Below are positions 38,364-40,830 of a stretch of DNA of 40,830 bases, piece after piece (within the stretch, counting starts at the first letter, position 1; each line of letters starts with the position of its first letter). Under the pieces are notes generated by a model. It saw only the letters and a program-made list of their open reading frames with translations. It was not told the origin of the DNA and searched no databases. The translations under genes and the position numbers were made by a program. The stretch comes from a virus: IMG/VR virus record IMGVR_UViG_3300000062_000468; one strand, written 5' to 3'.

Positions 38364-39923
38364 CTATTCTATTACTTTCTCACTGGTCTGGTCTTTATCT
38401 CGTGTGTTATTTCCTTCGTCAGTCAAATCATCATCGCCTTTTTGTGGTCTGCCTCCAATGTCGGTAAGCTTTCCACTAGCTGTATGACTAGAAGCCAGAG
38501 GAATCATTCGAGATGCTAAGTCCAAAATATCATTCTCTAGGAATAGAAGAGAGTTGAAATCACTAACGCTATATCCAAATATAGAAGCTATCGCCAATCT
38601 CACAGGAACACCATATGTCCCACTCTTGATGAGATTATCTAGGAAATCAAATTGATTAAAAGTTGTGGCATCCATAATTTGAATTTTGAATTTATAAGTT
38701 CCTGATAATCGTTTCAACTTATAATTCAACCACCTTTCAAATTGTCGGAATAATTTAAACACAAATTCTTCATCTGTTTTGATTGAATTATTAACAACAC
38801 TAGCTCCAGATTTATCGCTAGAAAATAGAAGATAGTTAACGCCAGTTTCAGCCCAAAATGTATTTTCTGCTTCAGCAACCTTATTAGTTGCAGCTTGACC
38901 TGCTTGTTCAAATTTATGCTCGGATATTTCCATAGGAGTAAGAGCCAAACCAATATTTTCGGGTAAGTTTTGTCCCATTTGTTCATAATAATATTTAGCG
39001 TCAGTTTTAGAAATTTTGTAAGTGCCATCTTCATTTAATGGTATTCTTAGAGATAAGAGTTTATAATTCCCCAATTCTTCACCAGTCTTTTTTAAATCTT
39101 TATAATCTTCTAAATCGAACAATGCACCCAACACACCTACAAAGGGTGGGATAGGATAATCAACTTCTTCATTAAGTTTGATGCAAATGGACTTTTCGCT
39201 TGATAATTCTTGCCATCTGCCAGCTCGTTTGTTTACATAGTCAGTATGCTTTTGCTTGAATTCAACACCCCACGAATCTAACAAATCTTCTTTTCTATCA
39301 AAGTAACTAAAATCAAAAGAGAATTGATAAACACCATCTTCGATAGACGTAATAATACATTTGTCATAAGGTAGCTTTTTGATAAAATAAGAATCCTTGG
39401 TTGAATATTCATAGCCGAAAAACACATCTTCTATAAAAATAGTTGTCATCCCTTTACCTAATTCGTGTCGGACATTCATATTATCAACAGTGTCATTTGC
39501 TTTTTGATACAGTTTTTTGAATTTATCTACGTCAATCATGGAGGTATCCATGTTTAATTTAGATGGAATTACAATATGAGCGAAGAGTGCCATATCTGCA
39601 AAATACTTAATCAATCGCCTATAGTGATTAGATGAATTATATAAATATTGAGAAGCCTCTATTAATTTGAGGTAGTTTTTTTCTGGTGATTCCAACCACG
39701 AAACAACTTCACTTTTCTTGAACTTTTTCTTCATCTGAGTAATAAGATTGTTATTCTCTAAATCGCGAAGTATAATCTTAGCAGTATTCATATAAGCAAC
39801 AGCACTTTTTAACATTTGACTATTATCTTCTTGTGGTTTTTGTACAACAGTCTGTTGAACAGCGGGTGTTGCTGTATTATTGGTCGTTCTCTTTTTATTA
39901 CGCCGTCTTTTATTAGACATCAT
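38364..39923 (-). CDS. Portal protein
   Basis: 519 aa directly after the terminase; C-terminal PL.SSHT.SG...GGRP tail typical of SPbeta-like portals. Confidence 0.8.
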   Translation of the reverse strand: MMSNKRRRNKKRTTNNTATPAVQQTVVQKPQEDNSQMLKSAVAYMNTAKIILRDLENNNLITQMKKKFKKSEVVSWLESPEKNYLKLIEASQYLYNSSNHYRRLIKYFADMALFAHIVIPSKLNMDTSMIDVDKFKKLYQKANDTVDNMNVRHELGKGMTTIFIEDVFFGYEYSTKDSYFIKKLPYDKCIITSIEDGVYQFSFDFSYFDRKEDLLDSWGVEFKQKHTDYVNKRAGRWQELSSEKSICIKLNEEVDYPIPPFVGVLGALFDLEDYKDLKKTGEELGNYKLLSLRIPLNEDGTYKISKTDAKYYYEQMGQNLPENIGLALTPMEISEHKFEQAGQAATNKVAEAENTFWAETGVNYLLFSSDKSGASVVNNSIKTDEEFVFKLFRQFERWLNYKLKRLSGTYKFKIQIMDATTFNQFDFLDNLIKSGTYGVPVRLAIASIFGYSVSDFNSLLFLENDILDLASRMIPLASSHTASGKLTDIGGRPQKGDDDLTDEGNNTRDKDQTSEKVIE

Positions 39924-40829
39924 CTACCTCCCTTCTCTGTATATTTTTGGTTTGCGGAAATGAAATACTTCCTTTATCAAATCATCTCCTCGTGGTTTTC
40001 TTAACTTCAATTCTAGTTGACTTTGAACATAATAATTGTATGCAACACTGGAAACACGGTCTTTTCGCATTCCAGCCTTTTCAAATACTTTTACATTTGT
40101 ACCATCAGTTTTGTATTCTAAGTTTATTAACTCATTCACCAAAAGAGTTGTGTGAATATATGGGAGTACTAATTTTGTCTTAAAAGACATGTCCATATTT
40201 TTATAACCACGAATGCTACCAAGAATTTCTTCGGCATCAAACTCGTGAATTAACAAATTAATCTTATTCTGTTTAAACGCTTCACGTAATGACAGATATA
40301 TAGCTGTGTTGAATGCTTGAGTTGCTTTTATAGCCCAGATTACTTTTGGAGCATCCAGTTCTTTACATCTAGTAGCATAATCCTTGTTATTAATACAATT
40401 TAATGCAGAGTACGTTTCATTAGTTAACGGGTCATAAATATCTCTAATTAATGCATCAAATACTCCAGTTCCTATTCCGTTAACATCCAATGCAATATCC
40501 GTACAGTGGAACTGCTCGTATAAACGCCTAACAATTAATGCCAAATCATCAGTGGTTAATCCCTCATGATTTTCTGTATAGATAAGATTTCCCACATACT
40601 TTTGACTACTGGTCGGAATACAACTATTGATAAAGATAGAACTAGCGTCGTTGTTTTTCCCGGCTAGAAGAGCAACGTCTACAGAAATTATGCGTTTTTC
40701 ATTTCGTGATAATTCTGGAATTTTAAAATCTTTAGGGCTAATGGCATTGCTAATATTATCCGGATATATACATTTTTTTAATCTGCGATTTTTAGAAATA
40801 TCATCGTATGAGAAGAAAGACCCATCTTT
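39924..40829 (-). CDS. Terminase large subunit, C-terminal nuclease domain (5'-truncated by the window)
   Basis: Frame open to the window edge; ISVDVA...NDAS, LDVNGIG and RKDRVSS RNase H-like motifs. Confidence 0.85.
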   Translation of the reverse strand, partial: KDGSFFSYDDISKNRRLKKCIYPDNISNAISPKDFKIPELSRNEKRIISVDVALLAGKNNDASSIFINSCIPTSSQKYVGNLIYTENHEGLTTDDLALIVRRLYEQFHCTDIALDVNGIGTGVFDALIRDIYDPLTNETYSALNCINNKDYATRCKELDAPKVIWAIKATQAFNTAIYLSLREAFKQNKINLLIHEFDAEEILGSIRGYKNMDMSFKTKLVLPYIHTTLLVNELINLEYKTDGTNVKVFEKAGMRKDRVSSVAYNYYVQSQLELKLRKPRGDDLIKEVFHFRKPKIYREGR

Positions 40830-40830
40830 A

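Noticed and set aside
2337-40183. Many plus-strand and alternate-frame ORFs inside structural genes (e.g. 2337-2639, 7317-7724, 14949-15293, 36992-37432), and the ORFs 19709-19915, 20644-21030, 21014-21328, 25060-25365 and 27413-27661
   Set aside because: Shadow ORFs: no evident RBS, atypical composition, and overlapping better-supported genes or RNA structures.

Overview
The window holds the late (virion and lysis) region of a large, AT-rich Firmicutes siphophage or prophage with an SPbeta-like gene order, encoded almost entirely on the minus strand. In transcription order the genes are: terminase large subunit (partial), portal, prohead protease/scaffold, decoration, major capsid, head-tail proteins, major tail protein, RecU-like resolvase, tape measure, distal tail, Tal-like protein, tail fibre, CHAP endolysin, BppU/fibre adaptors and a holin-like gene. 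The main result is that the tape-measure gene is split into two exons (27296-25395 and 18820-12122) by what reads as a 6,574-nt self-splicing group I intron. The intron shows P4 (P/Q), P7 (R/S), P8, a U.G wobble at the 5' splice site and an omega-G. One continuous internal guide sequence pairs with both exon ends 6.5 kb apart and rejoins them in frame (predicted 2,866 aa). No homing endonuclease is recognisable in the intron. Its P9 region instead loops out about 6 kb of accessory cargo, closed by a long-range 13+6 bp helix: membrane and lipoprotein genes, a zincin, DUF2513, a nonsense-interrupted DUF3800 gene, two promoter/terminator-bounded structured ncRNAs, a protein carrying a copy of a tape-measure motif, and scars of earlier cargo genes. 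All calls come from reading the sequence by eye; no searches or folding programs were run.
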